Assembly (NCBI GenBank): GCA_048772705.1
Contig: JBLWGC010000213.1
Span: forward strand, 372,001 to 436,000
Length of the DNA stretch: 64,000 bases
Direction: 5' to 3'
From: Leidyana gryllorum EB-2025a
Lineage: Eukaryota > Protista > Apicomplexa
The notes beneath the pieces were generated by a model that saw only the letters and a program-made list of their open reading frames with translations, did not search any database and was not told the origin of the DNA. Positions 48,401-61,749 of the stretch are shown here, piece after piece (within the stretch, counting starts at the first letter, position 1; the number at the start of each line of letters is the position of its first letter). The position numbers and the translations under genes are program-made.

Positions 48401-51400
48401 GCTGCTCGACTGGAGATGGCCTCGTCGGTGGAGTGCTGGCTGCTGCTGGAATCTGTGCGTTGAGGATTAGCCTTAGATCTCTCCCTGTTCTGCTCAATGG
48501 GCGCTTTCTTAGCAGGCGACTCCGGAATCGTGTTTTTGACAACTAGAGGTGGGGCGGAATTGCTCTCAAGGGTCCGACTCGACCCGCTTTTCTTCGGTGT
48601 CCCCATCATAGTGGGAGTCTTCGTGGCCTTCGGAGCTTTGGATTTTGACTTATAGGATGGAGCTCGTTGAACAGCCTTGCCACCCGAGCGCTCATCCGCT
48701 GGAGCCTTCTTCGCGCTGGGTGTATCAATTTTCAAAGCATTAGGCGACTTGACCTGACTCTTGGTATATTCGGCAGGTTTCGGGCTGGCGATTCGTGGCC
48801 TGGCAATGTCTTCCGCAATGTAACTCTTTCTGGGTCCTTTAAGATTCTGTCCCTTGCCTCTTAGACTTTTTGCCTGTGAGTCTGGAACTACGAGGTCTTC
48901 CAAGCTGGCTTCAAGGTCGCTCGACACTTGAGACAGAGGAGGAGGCTGTCGTTCTTGTGGCCCCGATTTTCCTCCCGCGGGCATCTTTCGAGGAGGACCG
49001 GCGATCTTAGCTTTTGTAGCCGAGGGGGATTTTGTCTTTGGCATACTCTCCTTCATAGGTGAGGGCGACTTGTTCGCGTCGCCAAACCTGGGAGGCAACC
49101 TCGGGATATCAGGAGGCGCGGCCCCGAATGTTTCATCGATAGAGAATTGACGGGACTCAGGTTCGAACTCTTGCGATCTGTCGGCTCCAAAGGGCTGAAC
49201 GCCCTGCCACAAACCCCCAACGACCGAACTGCCTGCGGAATAAGTCGTCGGCACATCAGCCTGTTGGAACTCCTTGCTGGAATGGCTAGTTTCCGTCCCT
49301 CGCCGGATCATTGAGGTAAATTCAGGCTGTCTCACACCAGTTCCTTCTTTTGCGTGCCCCGCTTCCACACGTCTAACCAGTATCCACGTTACTATCTCCT
49401 GTAGATAGGACTCTTGATGGAATGGTGATCTCTGCACGGCTAATTCTTCACACGAACAGCACTGCTGCACCAGTGTGACGCCAATGAGAAGCGCAACATC
49501 GACTAATCCAACCGGTAAATTTTCCATCATTTCGTACCGAATCCCAGTGATCTGTTCGACTTCGTGTATCGTAGAACAGCTATTTAGCAACATTTCCTTG
49601 TCATCTGCCATGAAGATCCCGGCGACTGAAGTGGCAGACTCTATAGGGATAGGCAGCCACGGACTGTTCAATACAACGGGCAGGTCGACCGTTTGGACTA
49701 AATGCTCCTCAAATGCTCTGTAGGAGTCAGTATTGCGGTTCAATCCCACTCGTGCAGGACCGCTTGAAGTTGGCGTCCTCTTATAGGCATTCAAACCTGG
49801 AATGCGCCTTCCAACTTCAGCCAGGGATGACGCATAGGCGAGACTGAGTGAAACCAGGGCTGAACGGAAGTCACGGCAGGCCGCATGCCACCTATTGTAC
49901 AGACACATGGATCTGCATGATACACTAGCGCTTACCAACTGATGGCAGTATACCAAAACCGAAGATGTGGAACTAAGCGCGTACCCCACTGCAGAATCAA
50001 CGCTTCTATCGAATCTGACAGCAGCTGTGCTATGTTTGTGCTGATGGTCGTAGACTTGGGGTCAAACTCCCACACGGTAGCCAAGAACATGGCTTTCAAT
50101 CTCACGAAACCCTCCACCTGAGTGAGAACAGACGAGCCCATCGCAACAGACTCCTGATCAGTCGGGCCGGCTGACCAATCTGAGAAGCGTGCCTCAAGAA
50201 ATTGGACCCAAAGAGCCTCAAGCCGAGTATAAGCTGACAGGAACAGAGCCTGCAAGCGTTCAAACATGTGACGAATCTGCGGAAAGTGAAGAGAGAAGAA
50301 TTGAATATGAGTCGTACCACACTGACGTCTAGCCGCCCCAAATTGTCGATCAAGCTTTCGCTGAGAGCGGTTCCCAGATGGGCATCACTTTCCGAAATTG
50401 CCAAGCGCAAGGCTCGTGGCAAACAGCCGGTAAGCTCAACCCTTGAGTTTTGCATAGGTTGAATGATGTAGTCGGTGGTCACTGCGGAGGCATTTGAGCC
50501 TGTATGCAATAGCGAACGCCTGCTGGATTGCGGAAATCCGCGTTCTACTTCAGCATATCGTAAGCTCTGCTCGAGGTATCCGATAGTTAGGGCACGTAGT
50601 GCACTGCGTCGAAGGGCCAGTCCAGCTTGTCGTGATTCTGGAATGCTGGTAGCCTCGGCCAATGTGGCAGGGAGTGGTTGAGTGTCCGCTAAAAGTGCGT
50701 AGATGACATGATTGCTCATTATGCTGCGGTGGGTGTGAGTGACTCCGACGGATCTGGCATCATCACCCACCTCTCCAAGGTACTATTCAAGTCCTCAGTT
50801 GCTGGCTTCAAAAGTTCAGGCTGAAACGGGAAGCCATGCACCGCGGGGTCTCTCAAGACATTTCCAAGTTCGTTCGGGCTAAGGTTGAGGGACCTTCTAA
50901 GATGGTACTGTAAGGCCGAGAACAGCGCCCCTTCATACAGATCTCGTCTGTCCAAGTCTAATGTGGCATTAGCTGCCGCGTTGACCATCGCAGGATGAGC
51001 ACTGCTCCGAGTCGTTGTCTAAGAGATGGAGATGGTACAGGACTATGCCCTTACTCACTTTGTCAGATCCGTCTTCCACTATAACACCACGTCCAGTGGC
51101 CCACGGTAGAATAAAAGTTCTCCAAATACTGTCATTCGCTTTGGAACGCCCGAGGAAGAGATTCAAAATGTTGAGAACAGCGATATCGTCTCTGCGAGAC
51201 ACATATACTGCAATTTCAGAGTACTTACAAAGTCAATGTTTCCCGTTCCAGCTTGCGTTGCAGATAAACCTCCTTATGCAGAAGACGCTCTGGGATCAGC
51301 TTTCCCTTTCCTAGCGACACTGTACTCACCTGTGACATGGGGAGGGAAGGGTAGGCATGTGGCGAATTTGGGATCATCCCAGCCCTGTTTGCGGCACTCA

Positions 51401-54164
51401 AGAGCCGCCTCGCCAATGGACTGATGTATTCGACCAGCAACCCGGCCAAGCAGATCAGTGAAGAGCATTATGCGGTTTGTGGCAACGGAGGAGAGCTGTA
51501 TGAGACGTTGCATCAGCTGTCGGGTCACGTCGAAACTGGTAGACAGGTTTGGCAGACATCGTCTTCTCAAGAATGTATCCAATTCTGCTGAAGTGAGCGG
51601 TCCATAAAGTGGGAGTGCGTCTAACTCCGCTGCCACTCTGCCTCGAAATGTTGGCGAAGAAGTGCGCAGTTGACTCACGATTGCAAGACCCGGTCAAGAT
51701 ACTCCCTGGTGATGTGACTGCCCACTGCAACAGGGTCATGTTGTATCTTCGGGGGCAGTGATTGTATGCTGAAGCCTTTGCGACTGATTGCTTGCTGATA
51801 TGGCTCGGAGATATAGGCATCAGTCATTTCCAAAGGCACTCGCTCCTCGTCGGATACCGGCTCGATAGCCGTACAAGCATTCTTGAATACATACTTGGCC
51901 TTGCCAAGCAGGGTGGGCCCCGCCCTTTCGATGTTTTCAAGCGCCAAGGTAGGTGGACAGCAAGAGGTTAATCTAAGGGCATCTAGGAATACTCTCCGGA
52001 TCGATCTCTGCAAGAGTAGCCCCGGGTTGTGCAAAGCCTTTCCTATTCTGTGATCCACAGAGTCTTTCACCTCCAATCGTGGCAAGATCGCTCTCATAGC
52101 ATTCGGTCTGATCGAAAGGCACGATTCTCCAGTCTCGTCCTGCATGGGCCATTGTGCCAACGAAAAAGTGACACCAGTCTCATCTGTCAAGAACAGTGGC
52201 GTGTGTACCTGTGTCTCTCTTACCCTCGCTGGGTTTGATCAACTTGGCTAGTATAGTCGTGAAGCCCATCTCGGATTGGAGACGTCGGATCTCGTTCTGC
52301 AGTCTGGCCAACCAACGTCCATCGCGGCCTGCTTCGAGGCGAACGGGCCACTTAATCTCGCTCACGCCATCTTTCATTGGTTCACATACACAAGCTTGGC
52401 ATCCTTGGTATATGAAATGTCCTGTGTAAACCAGTCCAGCCAGGGTGAGTTGATGACTGCTCCCTTGCAGAGGGGAGTTGTTCGCCAGAAACGACTCGGC
52501 CATAGTCATCTCTGTCGCCAGAATGGGAGAAGCTTCGGTGCCAGGAGCCAACAATCCCCGGGCTCGTACACTACTCCTGAGCTGCTGAAGGGTCGCGGCA
52601 TTTCTGTAAGGAGCCAAGGTCAGAGGCGCTGGAGCAGCAGACCGATATGATTCCCAGTCTCTCATCGCCTGGTCTAATTTCAAACGCATCACCGCAGCAT
52701 TCCACAATTTGAGCGCTTCGATTTCTTGTGAGAACACACTGATTGAATGTGTCTAGAAGCGTTTCTTCACTGCGAGCTCACCTGGAACTGTCCGACTGCG
52801 ATAAGGCTCGGCTTCCATCTCCACCTGGCAAGATGACGAGCCATTCGAGCTGGTTCTTCCTGTCCTCGACCTTGTAGGTTTCGTCGTCCGCCAAGAAGGG
52901 AGTATTCTCATTAGCGCGGTGAAAAACCATATCTCCTGTCGTCCATTCGGATAACCCTGCCAAGACCTTTGTAATGACAAACTTGCAGCTAGCGATTTGG
53001 CTCGTTCTGATGGTTCTCAGCATGTTGGTGAGCCGTGGCAGTAGATCAAGAGCTTTATACAGGAGAAAGTAATATAGTTGACAACCTTCCGAATAGAAGG
53101 TCCCTGCACTCATCCTTCCGTGACTGATACAAGCAGCCTCGAGGACTTGAGACGTGTCTATAACACTCTTCTGCATGGAGTCGTAGGTAGCCAGTACAAC
53201 AGAGCTCCGCACAGATGCATCCACTAGGAACTCCAATGTAGACAGGTAGTCAATGTTTTTGCCAGGTCGGGTTTGTGGCACAGCTTGAGCATCTCGGAAC
53301 ACAAACTTTGGGGGAGCGAAGACTCGAAGGATGTGACGCAACGTGCTCAATTTGGCGAATTTCAGGAGCCTCAAATGTGACACCTGAGTGAGACGATATT
53401 TCGCAGATTGCTCCAAATCAAAGAACTTGGCTGTCAATCCGTCTATAGCGCTCTGAGGAGGTCGAAGATGGATCGCTCGCTCCGGCGGTAATGGACCCTG
53501 CAGAGCCGCTATTACGGCGTTCTCAGCTTCCTCTTCCTCCCTCCATGATTCATGAATGTCAGAGTCACGGGCTACCCCTGCCTTCTTGCCAGCCAACAGC
53601 GTTTCACCAGCTTGGAATGCAATGGTCAGACGACATGAAAGGTCAACCTGTGGCTCCCTTTGCGTTCTGCAACGTGTAACGAAGGTGCATCGACGCCGAC
53701 CAGTTTCTAGCACGGCATAGTTCTGTCCTAAGGGAATTGACACCCAAGCGAAAGGTCTTTTGTCCGCCAATGTCTGTAGAATAGATTTGTACTGGGTGCC
53801 GCCTGGATAGTCTCACCTGGTATAGATCTACTTCAACTACGGGCTCGCCCAGGAAAGGTGATACAACAGGTAGTACAATTTTCCCCTCAGTATTGCACAG
53901 CACCTAGCTCCAATGTTCTCTGCTTCACTTTGTCACCCTACCATATCGCGAACTTTGCGCTGGAGCAGTCTTAAGGATGCACTACGACTGTCCTTCTGGG
54001 CTGCTGCCGTTCTTGCTTCTGTGGTGTAATGTCCAACTGCTGTGAGCGTCTAGAAGTATAGTTTTGAGGCTGAGAAGGAAGAGTGCACGCACCAGAGGAC
54101 AGCTCCCGGCGGGTCTGACAGCCAGATGGGTAATCCGCAGCACCAGTTGACCACCTGTCTCCAT
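45441..54164 (-). CDS. Very large multi-exon hypothetical protein (possible N-terminal C2-like and divergent CLU-like regions, long disordered middle); may be more than one gene
   Basis: Chain of same-strand ORFs (52778..53770, 52180..52737, 51675..52190, 50102..50770, 47242..49989, 45646..47154) separated by GT-AG intron-like gaps. Domain resemblance is weak. Confidence 0.4.
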
Positions 54165-54186
54165 GACGAACACCTTTATCGTGTGT

Positions 54187-57130
54187 TCACACAACGGCGA
54201 AATGGCGTTTGAATCCTTGATGCTCTTGCGACAAGGCAGCCTGGCCAGCCGGATGTCGGTGAGACCACTAATACGTACCTTTTCTCTCTGATCGAGAAGA
54301 AGAATGATTGTTCCTACTGTTGCGAGACACACGCAGGTGATCTGAGAAACATTTCTGCTCTGAGCCGGACATGTCTGTACGTACCACTACTATTGCGACG
54401 ACTTGCCGACCCGGATGCACTGAAAGGGTCAATGTCCACGCCCGATGATTCCAGCGCGGATTGCTAGGAATCATGGTGATCTCACTGTTAGGTAGCAAAG
54501 CTATCCAACGGCGTGCGAAGAGGACCAGAGGATTTGCACTGATCGGACTTGTGGGCATCCAGTAGTCTGCAGTTAATTTTCGTCCAGCCACAGCCCCCGT
54601 GTGAGCGTTGTTGTTTGTTGTCAAATTCGCACTCTCGCACTTCGGAGCGATATTGGTCACGTAGGGCAGACCAACAAAGAAGGACTCTATGTATGAGCTT
54701 GACTGACCCAACCTGTGCCGAGTTGTGTATACTTAGTTGTGCAGCCGCCTGTCTTACCCGATGAAAGTGGATTGTGGATTGAGCGCTCCATATACACCTC
54801 GCGGACTAGGGAGAGATCGACGAACTGGATACTTAATACCATCCAATCCAGTCACAGTGAGAGCAAAGGTAGTGCCAGGCAAGGCTTGACCATATCTAGC
54901 CGCGTTGGGTTCTCGACACGACTCATCTACAGAATTGAGAGCAGTCGCGGCAATGAAGAAGTTCGTATCGGCCACAGTGGAGAATGAAAAGGCCGACAGA
55001 TTGGAATCTGTAAGTTGTATTGATCTGCACATGTTCGAACCTTACCGGCGTGGCGGAACAGATGTACCATCGATTCGTTCTTATCGCTGGTCCCAAAGGC
55101 CAAGAAGTTCAGAGTGCCCTGAAGAGCGCTAAAGGATGTTGAAAGGGGCTACTCACGGGCTGGAACCAATCTTCTACGAAGCCTCCAGCGTACAACGTCG
55201 AGTTGCTTGCCTTAATACTCGTTGCGGCCTCGAAACGACGAGCTTTGCTCGGATCTCGCGACACTCTGTTTCGGCCCAATAATCTATCAGCAATTTGTTG
55301 GAATATTGCTCTACAGGCTCGGTATATTGAGTAAGTAGTCTCTTTGATGTTTTCGACGGCGTTTAGCTCTGCCGACCAATTAGTCAGATCTAATTGGAAA
55401 GTAAGGCCTTCCGAGTAATGCCATGTCCTTTCCCCCACAGGCAGCGTATTTCGCAGGAGTCTGAAGGATGTTGCCGCTGTTGCAGTCTCATTGACGAGAA
55501 CCACAAGGTCTAGGAATCCATCTCGATCGATGTCAGCCGGTCGCAGAGTGGTCGGGTATCCCGGAAGGCTGGCTAGGCGCACACTACCTTCCTCATTGGT
55601 GAATCGGATATCTGACACACTGACTCCTAGCCGACGCATACCTTCGTCAATTCCACCAAAGACGAATGGGGCTGACGTGCATACATTGTCATTCTCTCGG
55701 CAGATCGGATTTTGTAACGGTGGTGACAGATGCGTTGAGGTACAGAGTGGCGGTTGAAAGAGCTTGAACAAGAAGACCCTCTCGGAGCCCGCACAGAGAG
55801 TCGACCTCCCGCTAGCGCCCTCAGCCTCAGGGACCGGATCGCATGCCAACACCACCAGATCACTGGCTCCATTGTTACTGAAATCATCTAAGGCGATCGC
55901 CTGAGTACCTGTGGTAATGCGTTCGTGCCGGTCAGGGACTGCGACAACGCCGCCTCACCTTCGGGCAGTAAAAAGCGTTGGCCTCGCCACTGTCGCCATT
56001 TGACGGCCGATGCTCGTTTATTGAAAGGGGTAGGAGAGAGTTGGAAGTCAGTGAGCCAAACTTCCAGCTCATACCTTCCGATGAAGTCCGGCGACTCCAC
56101 CGCCTGGAACGCTTGTGGGACAGAAGGGCTCTATCGAGCTTACCAGCACGAGATCGGCTACACAATCGCCATCCACATCTACAGTTGTGTGCCCAGCGAT
56201 GGGTGCGATTCGCGTTGCGTCCTTGAGGGGTAAAGGTCTTGGTTGCCACCTTCTGTCTGCGTCCAAAGGTCGCTTGAAGTGAGCATCCAGCTCATGGCGC
56301 TGGAGATAGTCATCGCTTGTGGATTTATTTTGTGTCAGTTCCACTTCACCTTTACCCATCCGCTGCCAGACGCTCTTCATGAGCGACAAAATCCCCCCCT
56401 TCTCTGTGTAGTTGGCGACGGGTGGGGCTTCCAGGAAGTGTTCTAACGATTCGCTCAGCGCCAGTTTTGGTACATTGCTATAATACTCCAGATCGAGCCA
56501 CTCTCCCAAATCTGTCCACATGAGGGGGATGAAAGAGTGCTGTTGGTTGATATAGACTTTTCGCGAATCCGCTTCGTCATCGTACGTCAACAGGTCTGGC
56601 AAACCGTCACGATTAATGTCCACCATAATTGGAGGTATCGCATCCGTCTCATTGGAAGACCAGAGAAGCTTGAGCGTTTGAGGAGGCGTGTTGTTGGCAG
56701 ACACTCGATACAGTGCCAATTTGTACCCTTGTTCGCATCCGAAGACACCCAGTACAGCCATCCGATTGTCTTGTTCGAAATCTGCAGTGAGTGCACTTTG
56801 GAAGGAACATCCCGGTCCGAACTCCTTGGGAGTTTCGGCCGTTGCGTTGAGGCACACATCGTAGCGATATGAGCTCATATCGGCGCAGTACATATACACT
56901 TGAGTACGGGTCGCGTTTGTGCGGTCGAGGAAGAGGACATCGGTCACCCCATCGCCATTCAAGTCAGCGAAGCCCCCGACAGCTGCTTGGGTGCCTCGTA
57001 ACCCACCAAAAGCGCGCAAAGGATCTTCGTGGTCATCGTAGGTGTGAATCTGCTTGTTGAATAACCACCATAGGTCATCGGCAGCACCAACGACAGATAG
57101 GGTGAGAAGACCCCACCTCACCAAAAGCAT
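54187..57130 (-). CDS. ITFG1: T-cell immunomodulatory protein / ITFG1 (LINKIN) homologue: FG-GAP repeats and a C-terminal TM, multi-exon
   Basis: Signal peptide; repeats DLNGDGVTD, DINRDGLPD, DVDGDCVAD and DIDRDGFLD; 'GQSSSYIESFFVG' and 'WIALLPNSEI'; a TM segment and the tail 'LDQREK..EHQGFKRHF'. Confidence 0.85.
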
Positions 57131-57155
57131 TGACGTCTCCCCTCAAAACTTTGGA

Positions 57156-58085
57156 ATGGTCTCTCTCTCTCTACTCTTGGGGTTGATAGCAACTCTACGA
57201 GGGTCCGCAGGTCTGAGAACAGTCCTAGCAGGAGGAGAAGAAGGTACATGAGTGAATTAATTGATTGTATTGCCAACGTTCTATTCTGATAGAATGTATA
57301 GTAATCAGGAGCCACCCGCAAGCCGAAGTCATCCTGAATTATGAGGTGTTTCCCGACGAGGCCAAAGTCCGCGTCAATGTTGGCAAGGGTGATAATCTGC
57401 TGTCCCCACACAACGCCCGGAAGTAGGGTTGAAACACTTGAGTCGCAAAGTCATCCCCGATTAGAGCGCAACGAGTTCGGACCCTCCCAGCGATGCGATT
57501 GAACAGTTTGAATCTGACATCGGAAGTCGGTGGTGAGCAGACACTCGAGTGTGGAGTAATCACATTGGGCTTGCGACCCCAGCTCAGGGAGAAACTCACT
57601 TCCAAGCGTGTTTTACAAATGCTCACAGAAATCAGGCGATCGAAATGATGTTCAGCGTCCGGTGAGTTCAATGCTAATACGGTTTGGTATAAACAAAGCT
57701 CTTCAGAGCCGACACATTTGAATTACTCCATGATGTCGCTACTCGCGGTGAGTTGGTAGTTTTAGGAGGAAGGCGGCGGACAATGCTTTATTGTCTTAGA
57801 ACATGCAAGAGGTCTGCTTGAGGCCATCGCCGACCTGTCCCAAGCGACCAAAGGGCTATTGGATCAGCAAGACTTCACAGTCGCTCGTCAACTGTCACAC
57901 CAAGAAGGTGAGTTTAGTACCTAAGCATGCTAAACACCAAGCCCGAGGGCATTGCAGTGTTGGAAGGAACACACCACCGGATTTTGCGATGGACGGTAAT
58001 CCAAGCCGGGTTCCTGATTCTCCTGGCGTTTGCCCAGATTTATTACATTAAGGGGCTGTTCCGAGCTTCCAAGACTATTCTTTGA
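57156..58085 (+). CDS. p24/EMP24/GP25L GOLD-domain cargo receptor, multi-exon
   Basis: Signal peptide, 'GEE|ECI', 'FQACFTN', a coiled coil and 'RILRWTVIQAGFLILLAFAQIYYIKGLF'. Missed by the ORF track because the exons are short. Confidence 0.8.
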
Positions 58086-58995
58086 TCAGGATGCAGTGTT
58101 TGCGCACTGCCGATCCTTGCGCCTTGATCGATCGTTCAAGAGTTTCTGGAGGGGGGGATTGGTTTATGATGATTCCGCTGGCGCGAGAATGCTTACCTCT
58201 CTGCAACGCCGCACTTCCGCTTCATAAGCTTCAGCATTCTCGGCATTGTCTCCACACACGTTCTTCAACGTCTCAATGATCTATATACAAGTCACGCTCC
58301 TATGTAGTTGTGCGCGCCCGCTCACTCACCTTATGTGACAGTGTCCTCAATGCACCCAACTGTATAGTTGTACTGGCAGCTCGTAATGTCTGTAATTCCT
58401 TGGTAACCCCGAGATCCGCAAAGTCGAAGGTGCGCACGTTCAGCAGGTTCTCAATGCTAACGGAAGACTCAGCATTGAGCGAGCCGCCGCGCGCATAGGT
58501 AAAAGCAGCGCCCAATATCTTGGAGAACCAGGGTCGCGTCTTCTCATTGACCCTCGCCATGAGCGCTTGTGGCGAAACCACATGGCAATAGAGGTACATC
58601 GTGTGCAAGGCACTGAAAGATGCCTCGAAACGCTTTATATCAGAGGCGCCGCGTCGTGCAACGTAGCACAAGTGAGTCAGCAGATTATCGAACATACTTC
58701 TGTCCTGTATTTGCTCAACACTTCTGCGGTTGACTTGAGTCTTGGGGGTCAAAACAGGAAGTCCGACCGAGGGAACATCCTCTGGAGATTCCAGAGGGAG
58801 GAATGCGGCAGTTAGTTTCTCCATCTCCTGACGCAATTCTGCTCCCTCTTCCATCTCAGCATCGTCAATCGCGTTAGGCTCATCACTCTCAGCACCCCAG
58901 TCGGAAAAAGAGAAGCTGTCCTCTTCATCTCCTGACGTCCCGCTGCTGCCCTCCTTCTGAGAACCTGCCTCTATTTCCCATTGCTCCGGTTCCAT
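58086..58995 (-). CDS. Hypothetical protein with an acidic N-terminus (3 exons)
   Basis: ORF 58300..59124 read from MEPEQWE, two GT-AG introns, stop at 58086. Confidence 0.5.
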
Positions 58996-61672
58996 GATGA
59001 CGCAATTTTTTTTTCCGGCTATTGAAATGTGGTAAGGGCTCAAGGGGCACTCGGTGACAGAGGTCAGTACTCGAACCAAAGTTCCCACCCTGATGCATTG
59101 ACAAAGAGTCTGAGCCGCCACCAACCTCGTTCAAAGGAGGCAACCGCCGGCTGGCATATTCATGAGCACGCCCGATACTCGCGAGCAGAGGCCGCTCTTT
59201 CTCTATCTTGTTAGTGTATCCATGCGGGTTTCTACGCCGTGGTGGGGCATTGGAGACGCTCGGAGGGCTGCAAATCGAGATAGTTTTCTGAGTGGTATGA
59301 TGGTGTCGGGAACCCGATGATCTAGTGGGTGGAGGCTGATCAACTACAACCTCCTCTGACGATGTCACAGCACTCTCATGATTCGAGTGACCGTTATTAC
59401 TCGTGTCAATGGTGGCCCCTGGCGAACGCACTCTCCTCAGTCTCAGCAACTGGAGACGCGCTTTAACAATGAGAATCCCTCGCTCGAGAACACACACGCG
59501 TTTCCGCACTCGCCAACCACGCCACCAGGCCTGCACTCGTTTCGCCATTCGTACCCGTCTTGCGTACGCGTAGAGCTCCAGAACCCGGTTGCAGAAGAAC
59601 GCAGCGTCAAACGCTTTCCGGACCGCAACGTAGGGAGATTTGGACTCTAAGTAGTCTTTGAAAACCTTCTCGTCCCACTTCTCAGCCACAATGGCGGGCA
59701 AATCAGTCACTTCGCCCCGAAGCTCCGCACGAAAGAAGGCGTGGGTGATCCCGATACGGTAATGTGCAGGATTCACTTGTGCTACTTGCAAGGCAGCTGA
59801 GACAATTTTGCTCATCGGCGTCGAGGGCGAAACCACCTTGTTCCATACATCATCTCCAAGGCGACTCCGAATGCTTTGCTGTAGATCCCGCAACCCAATC
59901 CGGCACGGATAGCCGCTCGTCATGCACTGGAGCACCTGGAAAATTCCTCCCGCGACCAGCTGTCGCTCAACAAACTTGTTGTCAAAAGTCGGATCCAACA
60001 AACCTGCGTTCGGTTTCAAGCAGCGCACGAATATGGTGGGGTGATCTCCGCTCAAAGAGTCTATCAATCGTGCCACTGACGCCGTATAGGTTGCGGCCAG
60101 GGAGGGCGGCTTTTGGGACTTGACCAATCCTCCTGGTGGGCGAGGGAGTGCCGTAGCTCGCAGGATGTCATACGTATGGGCTGGGAGATCATCTCGATTG
60201 CTTGCTCCGAAATCCTCAGTATTGTACTCTACCCGGCCAGCGAAGTGTGTGAAGCAAAACTTGTTTCTTGGCACCAAGAGAGGGGTGTTGGTCTCTTGTC
60301 TCGCCAGAGCCACAAAGGCTGCAGCGCGATCTTTCACGGCTCCAGGTTGATAACTACTGTCGTGCAGAGACCTAAATATCTTCTCCAAGCAGCGTATCCG
60401 CAGCAATCCTTCATCCTCCAATCGAGCGGCAGCCACCTTGAGGTCACTGACCAACCCACTCTCCAAGACACCCTCAGTTGTGTACTGATCCACCTCTCGC
60501 AGAAGCAGTGCTTGGATGAACAGGTACTGAAGCCTCTCGTTGGCATAATTTATGCACAATTGCTCCAGCCCATTGGTGGAGAGAGCCTCGAAGCCGTAAA
60601 TGTCAAGAATTTGCACTTCGTGGTCGCCACCGTTTCTAAGAACCTGGGTGAGTTGGTTCACCACGTAGTCGAACAGATTCTGGTAGACCACCCGCATCAG
60701 TATACTGCGATTGCGATCGGCTTCCATCTCGTCCATCTGACGTTTGGTTTCGCAAACGGGAACACTCTGCAGAATGTCTTTCAAATCCTCCAACCCTACT
60801 TCCCAGGCGTCGCGAATGGTCTCCAGATGTCGAGTGCAGGACTCGACGAACTGGAGCTCGCCGTTGGGCGCCCGGGTGAACTCGATTTCCCCCAAAGCCA
60901 AAAGAGACAGCAGTGTACGCTGCACCAGGTCGACCGAGATGCCACATCCCACTAGTGCGTCTTTGACGATGTCGAATGGGAACAGTGTGACTACATCAGA
61001 ACCACCTTGGGTCAAACAGCGCCATTTTGAGGCCTCAGCGCCAGCAATGGAGTATAAGATATGGAAGTTCTGCTCTTCACGCGCTTGATGTGATACCCGA
61101 CCCCTTCCCAAAAGATAAGTTTGGAGGCTCGCGCCCAGCAAGTTGAGCTTCCCATTCTGGGATGACTTGTGATACTGCAGAGCGAAGAGTTTGCCGAATC
61201 GAGATGAGTTTGGATTGTTGGTGGTTCGGGCATTTCCGAAAGCCTCGAGAATGACGTTGCTATGCTCAATGATTTTCAAAAGCTGCGAGCTCACATCAGC
61301 ACTCCCTTGAACTTGCTGTCGATGAGCCCAAGTGAGATACTCTGAAATCAGCCTCGCACTTTCTGTCTTTCCCGAACCGGAATCGCCCGACAGCACAGCA
61401 ACGGATCTGGTCGCCCGCGGTAGGCCGACCAAGGCGGTTCGGAGCAACTCTGCGACTCCAAAGATATGGGGGCTATCGGCCAGTTGACGACGGCCTATGT
61501 ATTTGCTTTTCCACTCATCTCCGTAAATTGGCACAGGCGTCCACGGATTGATCGCCACCAACAATGTACCAACCCAGGTATAGATGTGTGACTCTTCATA
61601 CCGTTTCCGAAGATTCTCGGTGACCCCGTCCACGCTGAGTTGAGCGAGGAGGGTACAGTTGGGAACCCCCAT
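58925..61672 (-). CDS. Divergent myosin: motor, one IQ motif and a short tail
   Basis: 'LLVAINP', 'PHIF', GDSGSGKTE, 'EAFGNA.T..N.NSSRFGK', LDIYGFE, 'EQLCINYANERLQ', 'FVRCLKPN' and IQ 'VQAWWRGWRVRK'. Confidence 0.93.
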   Translation of the reverse strand: MGVPNCTLLAQLSVDGVTENLRKRYEESHIYTWVGTLLVAINPWTPVPIYGDEWKSKYIGRRQLADSPHIFGVAELLRTALVGLPRATRSVAVLSGDSGSGKTESARLISEYLTWAHRQQVQGSADVSSQLLKIIEHSNVILEAFGNARTTNNPNSSRFGKLFALQYHKSSQNGKLNLLGASLQTYLLGRGRVSHQAREEQNFHILYSIAGAEASKWRCLTQGGSDVVTLFPFDIVKDALVGCGISVDLVQRTLLSLLALGEIEFTRAPNGELQFVESCTRHLETIRDAWEVGLEDLKDILQSVPVCETKRQMDEMEADRNRSILMRVVYQNLFDYVVNQLTQVLRNGGDHEVQILDIYGFEALSTNGLEQLCINYANERLQYLFIQALLLREVDQYTTEGVLESGLVSDLKVAAARLEDEGLLRIRCLEKIFRSLHDSSYQPGAVKDRAAAFVALARQETNTPLLVPRNKFCFTHFAGRVEYNTEDFGASNRDDLPAHTYDILRATALPRPPGGLVKSQKPPSLAATYTASVARLIDSLSGDHPTIFVRCLKPNAGLLDPTFDNKFVERQLVAGGIFQVLQCMTSGYPCRIGLRDLQQSIRSRLGDDVWNKVVSPSTPMSKIVSAALQVAQVNPAHYRIGITHAFFRAELRGEVTDLPAIVAEKWDEKVFKDYLESKSPYVAVRKAFDAAFFCNRVLELYAYARRVRMAKRVQAWWRGWRVRKRVCVLERGILIVKARLQLLRLRRVRSPGATIDTSNNGHSNHESAVTSSEEVVVDQPPPTRSSGSRHHHTTQKTISICSPPSVSNAPPRRRNPHGYTNKIEKERPLLASIGRAHEYASRRLPPLNEVGGGSDSLSMHQGGNFGSSTDLCHRVPLEPLPHFNSRKKKLRHHGTGAMGNRGRFSEGGQQRDVRR

Positions 61673-61749
61673 TTCTCACCAGGGTGCAACCTTCCATGCA
61701 CCTCATGGTATGTGGGCGTAGCACGATTTTTTTTTATCTCGTGGACCCT

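Noticed and set aside
57118-57671. Minus-strand ORFs 57118..57411 and 57339..57671
   Set aside because: The region is better explained by the multi-exon plus-strand p24 gene.
60113-60955. 280-aa plus-strand ORF, and similar long antisense ORFs over RPB2, AspAT and VPS52
   Set aside because: They are antisense shadows of well-supported genes, with no motifs of their own.
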